DNA of 64,000 nucleotides from Felis catus (lineage: Eukaryota). A model generated the notes under the pieces. The model saw only the letters and a list, made by a program, of their open reading frames with translations. It searched no databases and had not been told where the DNA came from. The DNA lies in assembly GCF_018350175.1 (NCBI RefSeq), contig NC_058368.1:153328001-153392000 (forward strand). The letters run 5' to 3'. How positions within the stretch are numbered: the first letter of the stretch is position 1; every line of letters begins with the position of its first letter. Shown here piece by piece: positions 50,822 through 62,731 of the stretch. The position numbers and the translations under genes were made by a program.

Positions 50822-51411
50822 TTATTTATTTAAGCTTTTATTTTATTTATTTATTTTTTTTAATTTTTTTTTCAACGTTTATTTATTTTTGGGACAGAGA
50901 GAGACAGAGCACGAACGGGGGAGGGGCAGAGAGAGAGGGAGACACAGAATCGTAAACAGGCTCCAGGCTCCGAGCCATCAGCCCAGAGCCTGACGCGGTG
51001 CTCGAACTCACGGACCGCGAGATCGTGACCTGGCTGAAGTCGGACGCTTAACCGACTGCGCCACCCAGGCACCCCTATTTAAGCTTTTAAACATTTATTT
51101 CAGGGGCGCCTGGGTGGCTCAGTCGGTTAAGTGACCAACTTCGGCTCAGATCATGATCTCACGGCTCGTGGGTTCGAGCCCCGTATCAGGCTCTGTGCTA
51201 ACAGCTTGGAGCCTGGAGCCTGCGTTGGATTCTGTGTCTCTCTTTCTCTCAGCCCCTTCCCCACTCACTCTGTGTGTGTGTCTCTCTCTCAAAAATAAAT
51301 AAATAGTAAAAAAAATTTATTTCAGTAATCTCTACACCCAATGTAGGGCTCAAACTCACAACCCTGAGATCAAGAGTTCGGGGCTTTTTCAACTGAGCTA
51401 GCCAGGTATCC
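50822..51411. mobile_element. Nested SINE cluster: young SINE 50841-51075 (-) and SINE 51103-51315 (+), both in the tail of a short SINE (-, head at 51318-51411)
   Basis: TSDs tatttaagctttta, aaa.atttatttca and outer ataaaat.c.agga.tt. Confidence 0.9.
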
Positions 51412-51424
51412 ATAAAATACTAGG

Positions 51425-51640
51425 ACTTTAAATCCAGATAGTCCTGGATGTGAATCGTTAGTCTTTAATTTGACTGGTGTATGATTTGAGACAGTTGCTT
51501 AACCGTTTTTGGAAACAGTTTTCCCAACTGAAAAATACATGTAACAGCTGTCTTTGAAAGTGACTGTAAGCATAAATAAGGTAGATGTACATGAAGAGAC
51601 CTTGCATAGTACCTGGCATATTATAGGAGCTTTATAGGAT
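51425..51640 (+). mobile_element. MIR
   Basis: tccagatagtcctggatgtgaatc..gttgcttaacc..catagtacctggcata. Confidence 0.65.
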
Positions 51641-52664
51641 GGTATTTTATATGACAAGCCAAGGCAAAATACACATGTGCCATAGTTCCACAAATCACTC
51701 TACATGGGCTTATGAGGAAGAAGATTAAGGCAGACAGACATACACTCTCTCCCCTAATTTAAGAATATATACTCCCAGTTCTACCTGGTCAGATCTTTTC
51801 GATTTCTATGATGTTATTTTGTTAGCTAGTGCTTCAATGTGCTGAAGAATAGTACCTTAGAGAACTAAACAAGTTAATAGATTTTCCTTAAATTGGACCA
51901 ATTTTCTTCTTCTTTATTGAATCAAGAAAGCTAACTGTCAAAGAGGCATAGAATGGTATAGATAATACCCTAAGGTAACAAAACTCTATTATGTTGTATT
52001 CCATTAGAGCTGAGCCCAGGGTATCTTGGAAGAAAATTTCACTATGTAATAAGAGGGGATTGTAGTCCAAACTTTATACGGCTGTTTTTCTCCAGGTTTT
52101 TCTACTGTGTACCTTAGCAGCCTTGTCCCAAATGGAAATATCCCCGGTTCATTTTTTCGTCTTGAGAGAATCTAGTGTTAACACTAAATTGGAGATTATC
52201 TTTGAAGTAAACAACATTAAGGTGAACAGAGAAATATTCAAGTTCCCTTCAAAGGAATGTTTCAGCTTGCCTACCACCTTCCTCCCTCCATTTATGTAAA
52301 CCAGAGTCACTGGTATCTTTCCCATAAGTAAGCAGGCAGGTGACTTTGCAGTTGCTCCTGAATAAGAGCCAGATCTTAGAAGTTTTACTCTCTTCTGACC
52401 CTTATACCAACCAAGACTTGGCTACTCTGTGGATTAATGTTTGCTAGATAAGTTTTAGAAAACCAAATATATTCCTTATTTACTAGTCATGTCATGAAAT
52501 ATTTTAGATCTATATCTATGTCTTAGCATTAGGAGTATATATTACAGTTGTTCAATGCTATAGGTAAAAATACATATCTTCATGTTAGAATTGGGAAGAT
52601 TTTAGTTACCTTAAGTAAGAGAGAGATTTTTGCCTAAATAACCACATGAATCCCAAATTACGTA

Positions 52665-53420
52665 TAGGCACACCTCATTTCATTACACTGCACTTTATTG
52701 CACTTTGTGGACACTGTGTTTTTTACAGATTGAAGGTTGGTGGCAACCTTGTGTTGAGTAAGTCATTGGGGCCATTTTTCCAACAGCATTTGCTCACTGT
52801 CCCTGTGTCACATTTTGGTAATTCTCACAATATTTCAAAATTTTTCATTATTATCATATTTGTTATGGTGATCTGTGATCAGTAATTTTTCATGTTGCTG
52901 TTGTAATTCTTTTGGAGCAACACGAACCACACCCCTATAAGACTGTGAACTTCATTGATAAATGTTGTGTGTGTTCTGACTGTTCCACTGACCGGCTGTT
53001 CCCCGTCCCTCTCCCTCTCCCTCTCCTTGGGCTTCCCTATTCCTTGAGATACAACATTATTGAAAGTAGGCCAAGTAATGACTCTACAATGACCTCTTAG
53101 TGTTAATATGAAAGAGTTACAGGTCTCTCACTTTAAATCAAAAACTAGAAATAAATAAGCCTAGTGAGGAAGGCATGTCAAAAGTCAAGACAGGCCAAAA
53201 GATTGGTCTCTTATGCTAAACAGTTAGCCAAGTTGTAAATGAAAAGAAAAAGTTCTGGAAGCAAATTAAAAAGTGCCACTCCAGGGACTCCTGAGTGGCC
53301 CAATTGGTTAAGCATCTGACTTTTGATTTCTGCTCAGGTCATGATCTCATGGTTCATGAGATGGAGCCCCTCATTGGACTCTGTGCTGACCATGTGGAGC
53401 TTTCAAGTAATTGTGTGTGT

Positions 53421-53463
<43 letters not shown>

Positions 53464-54666
53464 CAGAGATGTATTATTATTTTTTAAGATTTTATTTTTA
53501 AGTAATCTCTATACACAATGTGGGACTTGAACTTACAACCCCAAGATCAATAGTCACATGCTATACCATCTAAGCCAGCCAGGAGCCCCAACTTTCAAGT
53601 CTTAGTTATTAAAGAATTACATTACGCTGTATGTATCTACTAAAGATAATGATTGCTCTGATGGATCTGGGTAGTCAATTGAAAACCTTCTGGAAATAAA
53701 TCACCATTTTAGATACTATTAAGAACATTTGTGATTCATGAGAAAAGGTAAAAATATCAACAGGAACAGGAGTTTGGAAGAAGTTATTCCAACCCTCATG
53801 GATGACTTCAAGAGGTTCAAGACTTCAGTGGAGGAAATGACTGCAGATGTGGTGGAAATAGCAGGAGAACTAGAATTATAAGTGGAGCCTGGAGATATGA
53901 CTGAATTGCTGCAGCCACTATCAAACTTTAACAGATGAGGAGTTGCTTCTTGCGAATGAGCAAAAAAAAATGGTTTCTTGAGATGGAATTTGTTTCTGGT
54001 GAAGATGCTGTGAAGACTGTTGAAATGACAACAAAAGATTTAGAATATGACATAAACTTAGTTGATGATGAAGTGGCAGTGTTTGAGAGGATTGATTTCA
54101 ATTTTAATTGTTCTACCATAGGTAAAATGTTATCAAACAGCTTCACATGCTACAGAAAAATGACTCATAAAAGGAAGAGTCAGTTGATGTGGCAAACTTC
54201 ATTGCTGTCTTATTTTAAGAAATTACCACAACCAAGGGCGCTTGGCTGGCTCAGTTGGTAGAGCATGTGACTCTTGTGAGTTCGAGTCCCATGTTGTACA
54301 TAGAGTTTACATTAAAAGAAAAAAAGAAAAAGGAATTTATCACAACCACCCCAATCTCAGCAACCACCAGCCTGATTGGTCAGCAGCCATCAGCCCATCC
54401 TCCAGCAAAAAGATTACTACTTGCTTAAAGCTCAGATGATGGTTACCTTTTTTTTTTGGCAATAAATTACTGTTTCATTAAGGTGTACACATTGGTTTTT
54501 TTTTTTAGACACAATGCTTTGCATCCTTAATAGATTATAGTGTAGTGTAAATATAACTTTTATATGCACTAGGAAACCAAAAAATTTATTTTACTTGCTT
54601 TATTGCAATATTCACCTTATTGATATGGTCTGGAACTGAACCTGCAATATCTCCAAGGTATGCCCA
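52665..54666 (+). mobile_element. Tigger1 DNA transposon, internally deleted, with three SINE insertions (53284-53400 +, 53474-53589 -, 54236-54330 +)
   Basis: Degenerate TIRs taggcacacctc / aaggtatgccca with flanking TA. ORF 53935-54261 ([26 protein letters not shown]...FERID...[14 protein letters not shown]) matches the Tigger1/TIGD1-type transposase C-terminus. Confidence 0.95.
53412..53460 (+). repeat. (TG)n microsatellite
   Basis: Seen directly. Confidence 0.95.
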
Positions 54667-54905
54667 TAGCTTGATTATGTGGCATTCTAAAAGCAGTGTC
54701 TCAGATGAATGTCATCCCTTTGAATAACAGGTAGCCTAGTAGACTATTTGACTAGAAGAAACTGCAGAAGCCATGGTAAAGTTTCATTCTAAATGGTGAA
54801 GATTGAAGAAACAGAGGTCCAGGGAGGTCACTGATATGTACAAGGGGATCAACTTGCTAGAGGAAGATGGGGGTCTAGGATTCTTAATTCCTGACATAAT
54901 ACACT

Positions 54906-55133
54906 ATTTATTTATTTTGTTTATTATTTTTAATATATCTATGTATTTATTTATAATGTTTATTTTTAGGAGATCATGAGTCGGGGAGGGGCGGAGAGAG
55001 AGGCAGACAGAAGATCTGAAGAGGGCTCTGCCCTCATAGCAGTAAGCCTGATGTGGGACTCAAACTCATGGACCGTGAGATTATGACCTGAGCTGAAGTG
55101 GGATGCTCAACTGACTGAGCCAGCCAGGATCCC
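54906..55133 (-). mobile_element. CAN-SINE
   Basis: SINE body and T-rich tail. Confidence 0.9.
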
Positions 55134-55761
55134 AACAATGCACTTTTTAAAACACCATGGTTATTGGATGATATCATGGCTAGCTATAAAAGAATATGGT
55201 GAGCTCTTACTGTTTTGAAATAAAACAGCAGCTTACATACATTCTTTTCTAGAGTGAAACTCAGTTGTGTTAAGTTTTAAGCTACCATGTTGGTTTAAAT
55301 ATAGGGAAATTACAAGTTTTACAATATAAAGTCTTGAAGTCCAGACTCTGGGCACAAGGTTATGGTATTTTAACTCAATTATATAACGTTCTCTGAATAG
55401 AAAGGTATTGCTGCAAGAGCAGTTTATTTTTTTTAGAGTTTGTTCAATTAGGAAATAGGAAATGGAACCCCAGGAAAGTCAGATGACTTGTTGAAGTTCA
55501 TTTAGCCACTTAGTGTCTGTGGACCAGAACTTAGTTTCCTTGTCTCCCAAATGAGTGCTCACCCAATACAGTATCTCATCAGGGAAAAGGGGTGGGAGAG
55601 GGAGGGAATGTTTCCTTTGATTTATAGTGGTTTTACAGCTCAGGGCTAAATCTGCTCTATAAAGTGAGAAATAATGGCTAACTGTATTTCCTCTAAATAG
55701 GTAGCTTTTCCTTATAGGTACTACATTGTTACCATGTTTTCTCTTTTGGAGGAAAGGAAGT

Positions 55762-56437
55762 TGCTATGCATTCAATTGCATCTCCCGAAAAGATTGGTTG
55801 AAACTCTAATCCCCAATATCTCAGAATATGACTTTATTTGGAACAGGGTCATTGCAGATATAAATAGTTAATATAAGCTCATATTGGAGTAGGGTGGGCC
55901 CTTAATCCATTATGACTATGTCTATATAAGAAGAGGAGAGACTTAGAGGAGAAAGCCAGAAGAGACAGAGATACAGTGGGAGAAGATGGACATTAGATAA
56001 AGAGGTAGAGATTCCAGTGATGCATCTATAATGCAAGGACTGCCAAAGATTGCCAGCCACCACCAGAAGCAAGAAAAGGAAAGCTCTGCCTCTCCAGACT
56101 TGAGAAGGAACATGGCCCTGCCATGATTTTGGACTTCTAGCCACCAGAACTGTGAGAGAATAAATTTTTTTTTTAAATTATGTTTATTTTATTTTTGAGA
56201 GTGAGCGAGCGAGCGAGAGAACATGAGCAGGGGAGGGCAAGGGGGGCGGGTGTCACAGGATCCAAAACGGGTTCTGTGCTGATAGCAGAAAGCCCGACAT
56301 GGGGCTTGAACTCACAAACCATGAGTTCATGACCTGAGCCACAGTTGGATGCTTAAACCAGACACCCCAAAGTTTAGTTGTTTTAACTCTCCTGGTCTAA
56401 AGTACTTTGTTAAGGCAGCCAGTAGGAAACTAATACA
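55762..56437 (+). mobile_element. MLT1B/C-like MaLR solo LTR with a CAN-SINE (56165-56368, -)
   Basis: tgctatg start; ttatttggaa.agggtc.ttgcagat; gccagccaccaccagaagc; ccagaactgtgagagaataaa; ends ggaaactaataca. Confidence 0.9.
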
Positions 56438-57746
56438 GAGGACAGTGTAATGAAGGAATTCATTGGGCTTTCCTGGTCAGTCTGCTCAAGGCACTCATAA
56501 AAGCTTATCAGTCTGAGGCATTTGGCCACTACTTCTCTACACAGCATGCACTGTTATGGCTGGTTCCTCACAAGGGTTTCCTAAAGTTGACTCTCCTCAT
56601 AGGAGGAAGAATAGTGAGCGGAGTGAACATTTTTTTCTTTGCTGTTTTAATTTTGGAATTAACAATTTGGGGAAGAATGCATGTGCGATTTTGTTGTTGT
56701 GGGTTCTGGATATACTTTTGTGGGCTGCTAGCATCCTGTTTGTTTACATGATGCGTGTGTTATATCTTAGTTTCCTGTTATTTTCCTTTTGATCTAAACA
56801 TCTTGAGTACTAACCTTTTGGGATTCAGACCTATTAAGAATGTACACATGTATATGTGTACATTATAAAAGTGTGCCTTGCACTAGAAGGTAGAAATGTT
56901 GATTTTCTTAAAAAAAAAAAAAGCAGAAACTGGATGCTTATTCTAACAATTTTTTTGCATTTCTATCATTAGTTACACTATTAATTCATTAGAGAAAAAT
57001 GATCTAATTCATATACTTTCCTATATTCAGTAAGGATCAGATAGCTTTTCATTTGGCAAAAATTCATGTCATCTAAAGTAATAAGAATGTAATAATTTGA
57101 CTTTCATCAGTTGTTAGAAGAAACTGTTAGATTTATCATCTTAGGACAATGTATTTTAATCTTTCACATTCTTTTGTTCACTGGTAAGACTGTTTTGTGT
57201 AACTAGTAAATAAATCTCTAAATTATACCAAGATGTTTTAATACACTATTTTAACTTTATTAACATTCCCAGAGACCTACCAGTGCCAGAGGTAATAATC
57301 ATTTTGTTTGGATTGGAAATTGATGTTGAGAACTTATGTAAGTCTTGAATTTAGAAGTAGGAAAATCCATTTCTACTTAGAATTAGCTACAATGTATCAG
57401 AAATTCCTAGTATGTCATAAACTTGTTCTCTTGAATCACATTAGGCTATACACCTTAACATACAAATGCTAGAACCTATTCTAAAGCAATGTTTCCCCCC
57501 TTTTTTGGCTTTATAATATCTTGACACCATCTGCCAAAGTTGGTGTCTGTGAAGCTGGTTTGAAAATAATATATTCTTGTCCTTATATGTTAGTTTTGTG
57601 CTATTCAGTAAAGACAGTGATACTGGTTCTATTTCCAGTTGGGCTGGTGTGTTTCGCTTTCTATACTACTAGCTGTCTTGGATTTGAAGTCATCTTTTCA
57701 TATTCATGTATTTACCACAGCATTTCCTGGTTATTTAGTTCCTCAA

Positions 57747-57800
57747 AAGTCCAATTAATTTTATCAGTAAGTTAAGTCAAATTAATTTTATCAGTAAGTT
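57747..57800 (+). repeat. Tandem duplication, 2 x 27 bp
   Basis: aagtc(c/a)aattaattttatcagtaagtt twice, 1 mismatch. Confidence 0.95.
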
Positions 57801-58119
57801 TTTCTCTCATGTATTGAAAAATGTATCTCCTATTGATTTTGAAATCAAGACATAAAAAGGCAAAATATTTCATCATTCAGATATGGATGTTGTGAGAAAT
57901 ACTGTTGTTGATATAGGAATTCTGGAGGTGTAATTGCCACCAATTATTATAGTTAGAAAGTTATATCTCAAAAATATCAAGCCATAAACAGGCTTTGAGA
58001 TTTAAAATGCCACAATTATTTTTCACTTATCAAGTACTCCAAATCCTCAACTCAGTTACAGCTTGGGACTCCTGAAAACAAAGTTGCCTGTTTTGTCTTT
58101 GTCTCTTTGGTGCGCTACA

Positions 58120-58277
58120 CAGCTTCTTAAATTTTACTGTACTTACAGATTACCTGAGAACCATGTAAACAGGAATTTTGGGTCAGTATTCTGGGGTAGA
58201 CCTTGATATTCTGCTTTTCTAATGCACTCATAGGTGACGCCATTGCTGCTGGTTTGGACAACACTTGAAATAGCAAG
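58120..58277. mobile_element. MER5A-like MITE
   Basis: gcttcttaaatttt..tctggggtag..ttctgcttttctaa..aggtgacgcc.ttgctgctggt..acacttga..tagcaag. Confidence 0.7.
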
Positions 58278-58284
58278 AATATAT

Positions 58285-58685
58285 AGTAACCTCTTTTCTC
58301 CTTTCTTCTGGAAACAGATTTCTTTTTATTGGGAAACCCATTCTATGTGGCATGAGACATGACCCAGATACTGACCAATCAGAATCGCCCTTAACAAGTG
58401 ATTTGGAGAGTCCAGATGGCTTTTCTTCCAGGAGCTATAGAAGCTGGGGTCATCTTTCCTGGCCCATCTAAAATGAAAGAATAAGGCAAATATGAAAAAG
58501 GGTAAGTTAACAGAGATGAGAGACAAGAGTGTGTTTCCAGAGCATTATTTGGATTTTTGGATCCAAATGTGCTTAATATATATAGTTCATCCTTGGAATT
58601 ACTGTTTAATGCACTTTTATTTGTTTTTCCACTTAAGCTAGTCTGAGTTTCTTCCTGTTACAGTAAAAAAATCCTGATAAATATA
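58285..58685 (+). mobile_element. Old ERVL/MaLR LTR (LTR33/MLT1J-like)
   Basis: acatgacccag..accaatcagaat..tggatcca..cttaagctagtctgagtt..atcctga. Confidence 0.55.
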
Positions 58686-59105
58686 CTGAGCTTGTCATTC
58701 AGTAAATCCTAATTAGTGATAGGGTTTGGTTAAGTATAGATGACAATGCAAAAGCAAAGCCAAGTAACAGTCAATTAATTGTATATAACTTGAGACATGT
58801 ACTTAACTCAGCCTCAAAGTATTCTAATGCCAATTTAGAAGCAACATGGTTAACTTCCAATGTTGTAATGGACTTAGAGCATTATTTCTTTACCTAAAAA
58901 TATATTACAACTTTGCGCCTTCAATGATGAAGGGGACTTTGGATAGCTACTTTCTACTTTGTGGATGAAGACATCAAAATTCACACATCCTGTTCAAGGC
59001 TACATCTAGTTACAGAAAGCAAAACAGAACTCTCTTTTTCATGCTATTATTCCTCTCTCCTCAGTCATTTTTATTCCTTATTGTCTAGACATTGTGTAGA
59101 TAGGG

Positions 59106-59139
59106 TTTTTTTTTTTTTTTTTTTATGTTCATTTGAGAG

Positions 59140-59172
<33 letters not shown>

Positions 59173-59332
59173 GAAGAGCGTGCAGAGGGGCAGAAAGAGG
59201 GAGAGGATCCCAAGCAGGCTTGGCATTGTCAGTGCAGAGCCTGACTTGGGGCTTGATCCCATCAACCATGAGATCATGACCTGAGCTGAAATCAAGAGTA
59301 GGATACTTAGCTGACTGAGTCACCTAGGTGCT
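59106..59332 (-). mobile_element. CAN-SINE
   Basis: T tail, (GA)n and head. Confidence 0.95.
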
Positions 59333-59987
59333 ACTTGCTCTTATTTCCATAAAATTAATTATAAATGTATAATGTCTAAACGCTTCTTTGTAAAACACTT
59401 TTTATGTGTACATATGTTTGAGAATATGCGGCAATCATATACAACTTGATAGCTAATCTGTATATGTATAAATACTTAAGTTTTTTTTTCTAAATGTGAT
59501 CCCCAAAGTACCTATAATGTTATGAATCACTAAAATTCACACATTAAGAAAAATACTGTTATTTTAAAATTTAGGAAAAATATTTTTGTAAGGTTAGTTA
59601 ATACACCTTTTAAATGTAAGTGCTCTTGAAGTACTAGAAACTTAGATACTTCACAGCAAGAGGGAATTGGTACCTCAAAGTGAAACTACTTTACCTGGTT
59701 AAGTTTGGTTCATATAGAGGACTTGAAATTATTTAACAAACTTATGTTTCATAAAAAAAAAATCCGTAACTTGGTGAATTATTAAGGCAAACACTAATAA
59801 GTAGTATTAAAAATTCCTGTAAGTCTTCAGTGATTTTCTTTGATATCTAGAAACTATTCTTACCTAGCATGGCTTAAAACAGGGTTTAATTGTAGTCTTA
59901 ATGTTTGCAAGCATGACGAATTACTAACATGATTAAGATTGAAATAAATCTCCAAACAATTTTACAAAAAAGAAAAAAACAAAACAC

Positions 59988-59993
59988 TTTATT
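59988..59993 (-). terminator. Distal polyadenylation signal AATAAA
   Basis: Plus-strand TTTATT; the minus strand reads AATAAAgtgttttgttttttctttttttgtaaaa. Confidence 0.65.
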
Positions 59994-60322
59994 TTCCACA
60001 AGGAAGAGCAATAGGAAAAATTAAATCATTTCCCACATATTGTTTTCTTAAAACAGAGCCTACAAGGACATATTCAGCACCAAATAAAACAGGGGGAAAA
60101 AAAGAGGAAATTACAAACAGCCATAGAATATAATCTATAAAGCAAACATTTAATATTGCACTTTGTTTTGCTAACATTTTGGATTTTACTTTTCCTAATT
60201 GAAAAATCAGGAATCTATCTTGAATACTGGAATACAACTGTGAACCTCACATCTTATGTCAGGAATTGACCAATATTTAGAAAAGAGTAAAGTAATGCCT
60301 CTAAATAAGTAAAGAAATAACT

Positions 60323-60389
60323 TTTAATGGGGAAAATAAAACTTTATTTGATAAAGTTTTATAGATTCAAAATTTAATCACATTTTATT
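60323..60389 (-). terminator. Cluster of alternative poly(A) signals
   Basis: Minus-strand AATAAA at 60384-60389 and 60343-60348, and ATTAAA at 60323-60328. Confidence 0.45.
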
Positions 60390-61386
60390 TTGTGACCCAG
60401 TGCCAATTATTAGAATATTGGTCATTCTTGTTTCATGTGTTATTTATAAGAGTATATGATGATAAGTATTCCAATGCTATGCATATCAACAATTGTTCCC
60501 TAGTTAGACATAAGAGAAAAAAGAAAAGGGATTTTTCAGACACACCCCCCCCCCCAAACAAAAATAAAACCACCAAATGCCCTTTATGCCAAATATTCCA
60601 TTAGCTTCTTTTGAGGGGGACATTCACAAAATGATTTAACAACAATAAAAAAATATTTCACCCCCATTTCCTTATTATCTAGTATTAGTTTGCTACGGGA
60701 GCCCAAACCCTTTATTGAATCACCTAAAACGCGATTCATTTTTACGCTGGGCTTTCTTCACCCTGTCAGCATTTTTCAAACATGAATTGTCTTCCATGTT
60801 TTCTTAAAGGCCACTTATGGAAAAGCCTATTTGTTTTGTATGAAGCTTTAAGACAGTATTTAACCAGGTCAAGCACCAAGCCAGAGTTACTATTATTTTC
60901 AGCCACTTTATTAACTGTGGGGTTAAACGGCAGGATAGATGTAACACCCATTTCACACGTATGTTGCAATATCATAGATGCTGATTTTCATTAAAAACAT
61001 CAGAGCTGAATTCCTTCCAAAGTAAGACGATCGGTAAACTTGGTACCTTGGAAAATGGTTTTTAAGTGTCATCATGAATGCTGGTATATTTGTTATGAGC
61101 CAACTGTAAATTATCTTTAATATAAACTATAATTTACTGATGTGGTTGCTCTTATCTATATATACTCAAAGTGAGTTGTTTCTCATGTTTAGCAAAATGT
61201 TCTTCAGGTAATGGAAAAAATACTTTCATTAAAAAAAACCCCACAAAAATATAAAACAGTTATCATCCCAGCACATATTCTAGTATACTTGTAATTCTGA
61301 AGTTATACACTTTTAGAATAAACTTGGGTTTTCAAGCTCTGAGAAGCTTGAGCAGGACACGAAATATATAAATTGAACTCTCTAAT

Positions 61387-61426
61387 ATGTATGTGTGTGT
61401 GTGTGTGTGTGTGTATGTGTGTGTGT
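61387..61426 (+). repeat. (GT)n microsatellite inside the 3'UTR, (CA)n in the mRNA
   Basis: Seen directly. Confidence 0.9.
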
Positions 61427-62674
61427 ACATATTCCTGCTCATTAAAACACTCTGCACCAGCAAAAATGATTTCCAACATAGGTGTTTTGGAGGTAATTAA
61501 GTAACTCCGTACAAAAATAAATGCACTTTCTCCTCCTTTCCAGTGACTGGAAAATTTTCATACTCTTAAAATAATAAAAATAACAATCATTTTTAAGAGC
61601 AACAAGCCCTTAACTCTTTGCTGGTGCCTGCCATACTGCCTTTCTTTACTCCATTCTTAGCTCTGCTAGTTTCTTCTTATATGTAATGATAAAAAGGGAA
61701 TGTGGGTGGGTTATCACTTTTGTGTATGTCCCTTTTCCAAATTTCCCTCTCCAAAAAGCCAACCAAACAAACAAAACAAAAAAATAACTCAACAGTGCAA
61801 CAAAACACAAATAGCATTCCAACAGTTTGGCAAGTGATGCGTTCACCTGAGATTAAGTGATTTTAGGCAGTCAGTAACAAAATGCTGCTTTGCTGTAATA
61901 GTAGAAAGGCAACAAATTCTTAAAAGAAACCAAGAAGGTATACAATCTTGACAAAGTCTCTTATTAGCTTCCTCCTCTTATCTCTTTTCCCACATATCTG
62001 TTGCGTATCTACTACAGTAGGCTGCAAAACATACAGCAAGAAGGATTGGCTTGAAGGCATTTGATGTTTGTAAATAAATCCACAATAGGATCCAAGCTGA
62101 AGAGGTGATACATGGTCAGCCTAGTAGGACATTTCTGAGCATGTGCATACGCAGGTAAAGTCCAGGCTATATTAAATTAAAAAAAAAGTCAGTGCGTTTT
62201 TTTCATGTTAAAGTTTTTTCAAAGCTTTCTTTTGTTCCTTGTTGTGCTGACCACAAACAAGTTTTTAAAGAGTATCAAGAGTCTGGCATAAATGGAAAAA
62301 AAAAAAGCTGTAGTGACATCGGAACTGCACAATGTAAGCATTGAGCATGTGCAAATTTTCAAATCAAAAGAAGGAAATCATCCCTCTTTACAACGTGGTG
62401 TCTTGACACGTATGACCATAGGCTAAGAAGACTGCTCTTAATATGTGCCTGTTTTAAAGGAGAAAAGCTTAGATCTTCAAGCATGTTGGAGCAGTCCCAG
62501 AATGTTGCTGTAGGCTTCTAAAGCATGATCACTGGTTGTTTCATGTATCTGCCATTTTTCTGGGCAAAAGCAATTCCACTTCCTCTGAAAACGTGTCTCC
62601 AAGATACTTCTCTGTCCCCAGCTGGGAAGAGATACAGTTCAGAACCCACATCAAGTTGATCTAACACAGTTCCT

Positions 62675-62731
62675 TCAACGAGAGGGGCAGGATGGTCTAT
62701 CATCTGCTGACTGATCAGGGTTTGGATCAAT
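62675..62731 (-). CDS. Coding part of the terminal exon of an unidentified gene (phase-0 reading IDPNPDQSADDRPSCPSR*; phase uncertain)
   Basis: Minus-strand acceptor ttttttttcacttttctttttatag|ATTGATCC, with AG at 62733-62732. Phase 0 gives 18 aa then TGA (62677-62675). Phase 2 gives the 70-aa frame ending at 62518, and phase 1 stops at once. The upstream exon is not visible in the window. Confidence 0.45.
   Translation of the reverse strand: MDPNPDQSADDRPSCPSR

Larger units (their letters stand above)
59965..62674 (-). other. Long 3'UTR of the minus-strand gene
   Basis: About 2.7 kb free of interspersed repeats in a repeat-dense window. U-rich on the minus strand, with several miRNA seed matches, ending after AATAAA followed by a GT/T-rich tract. 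Confidence 0.8.

Noticed and set aside
53935..54261. Transposase-like ORF as a possible domesticated gene
   Set aside because: It is only the C-terminal remnant of a deleted, SINE-interrupted Tigger1, and the ORF ends inside a SINE.
4610..59332. Many ORFs with similar peptides (MAQSV.., ..ERERE.., ..SLSLSL..) resembling a gene family or repeat array
   Set aside because: All are translations of CAN-SINE copies. They are dispersed with individual TSDs, so this is neither a protein family nor a CRISPR-like array.
59965..62731. Assigning a gene symbol to the terminal exon
   Set aside because: I do not recognise either peptide or the UTR with confidence, so the symbol is left blank pending BLAST.
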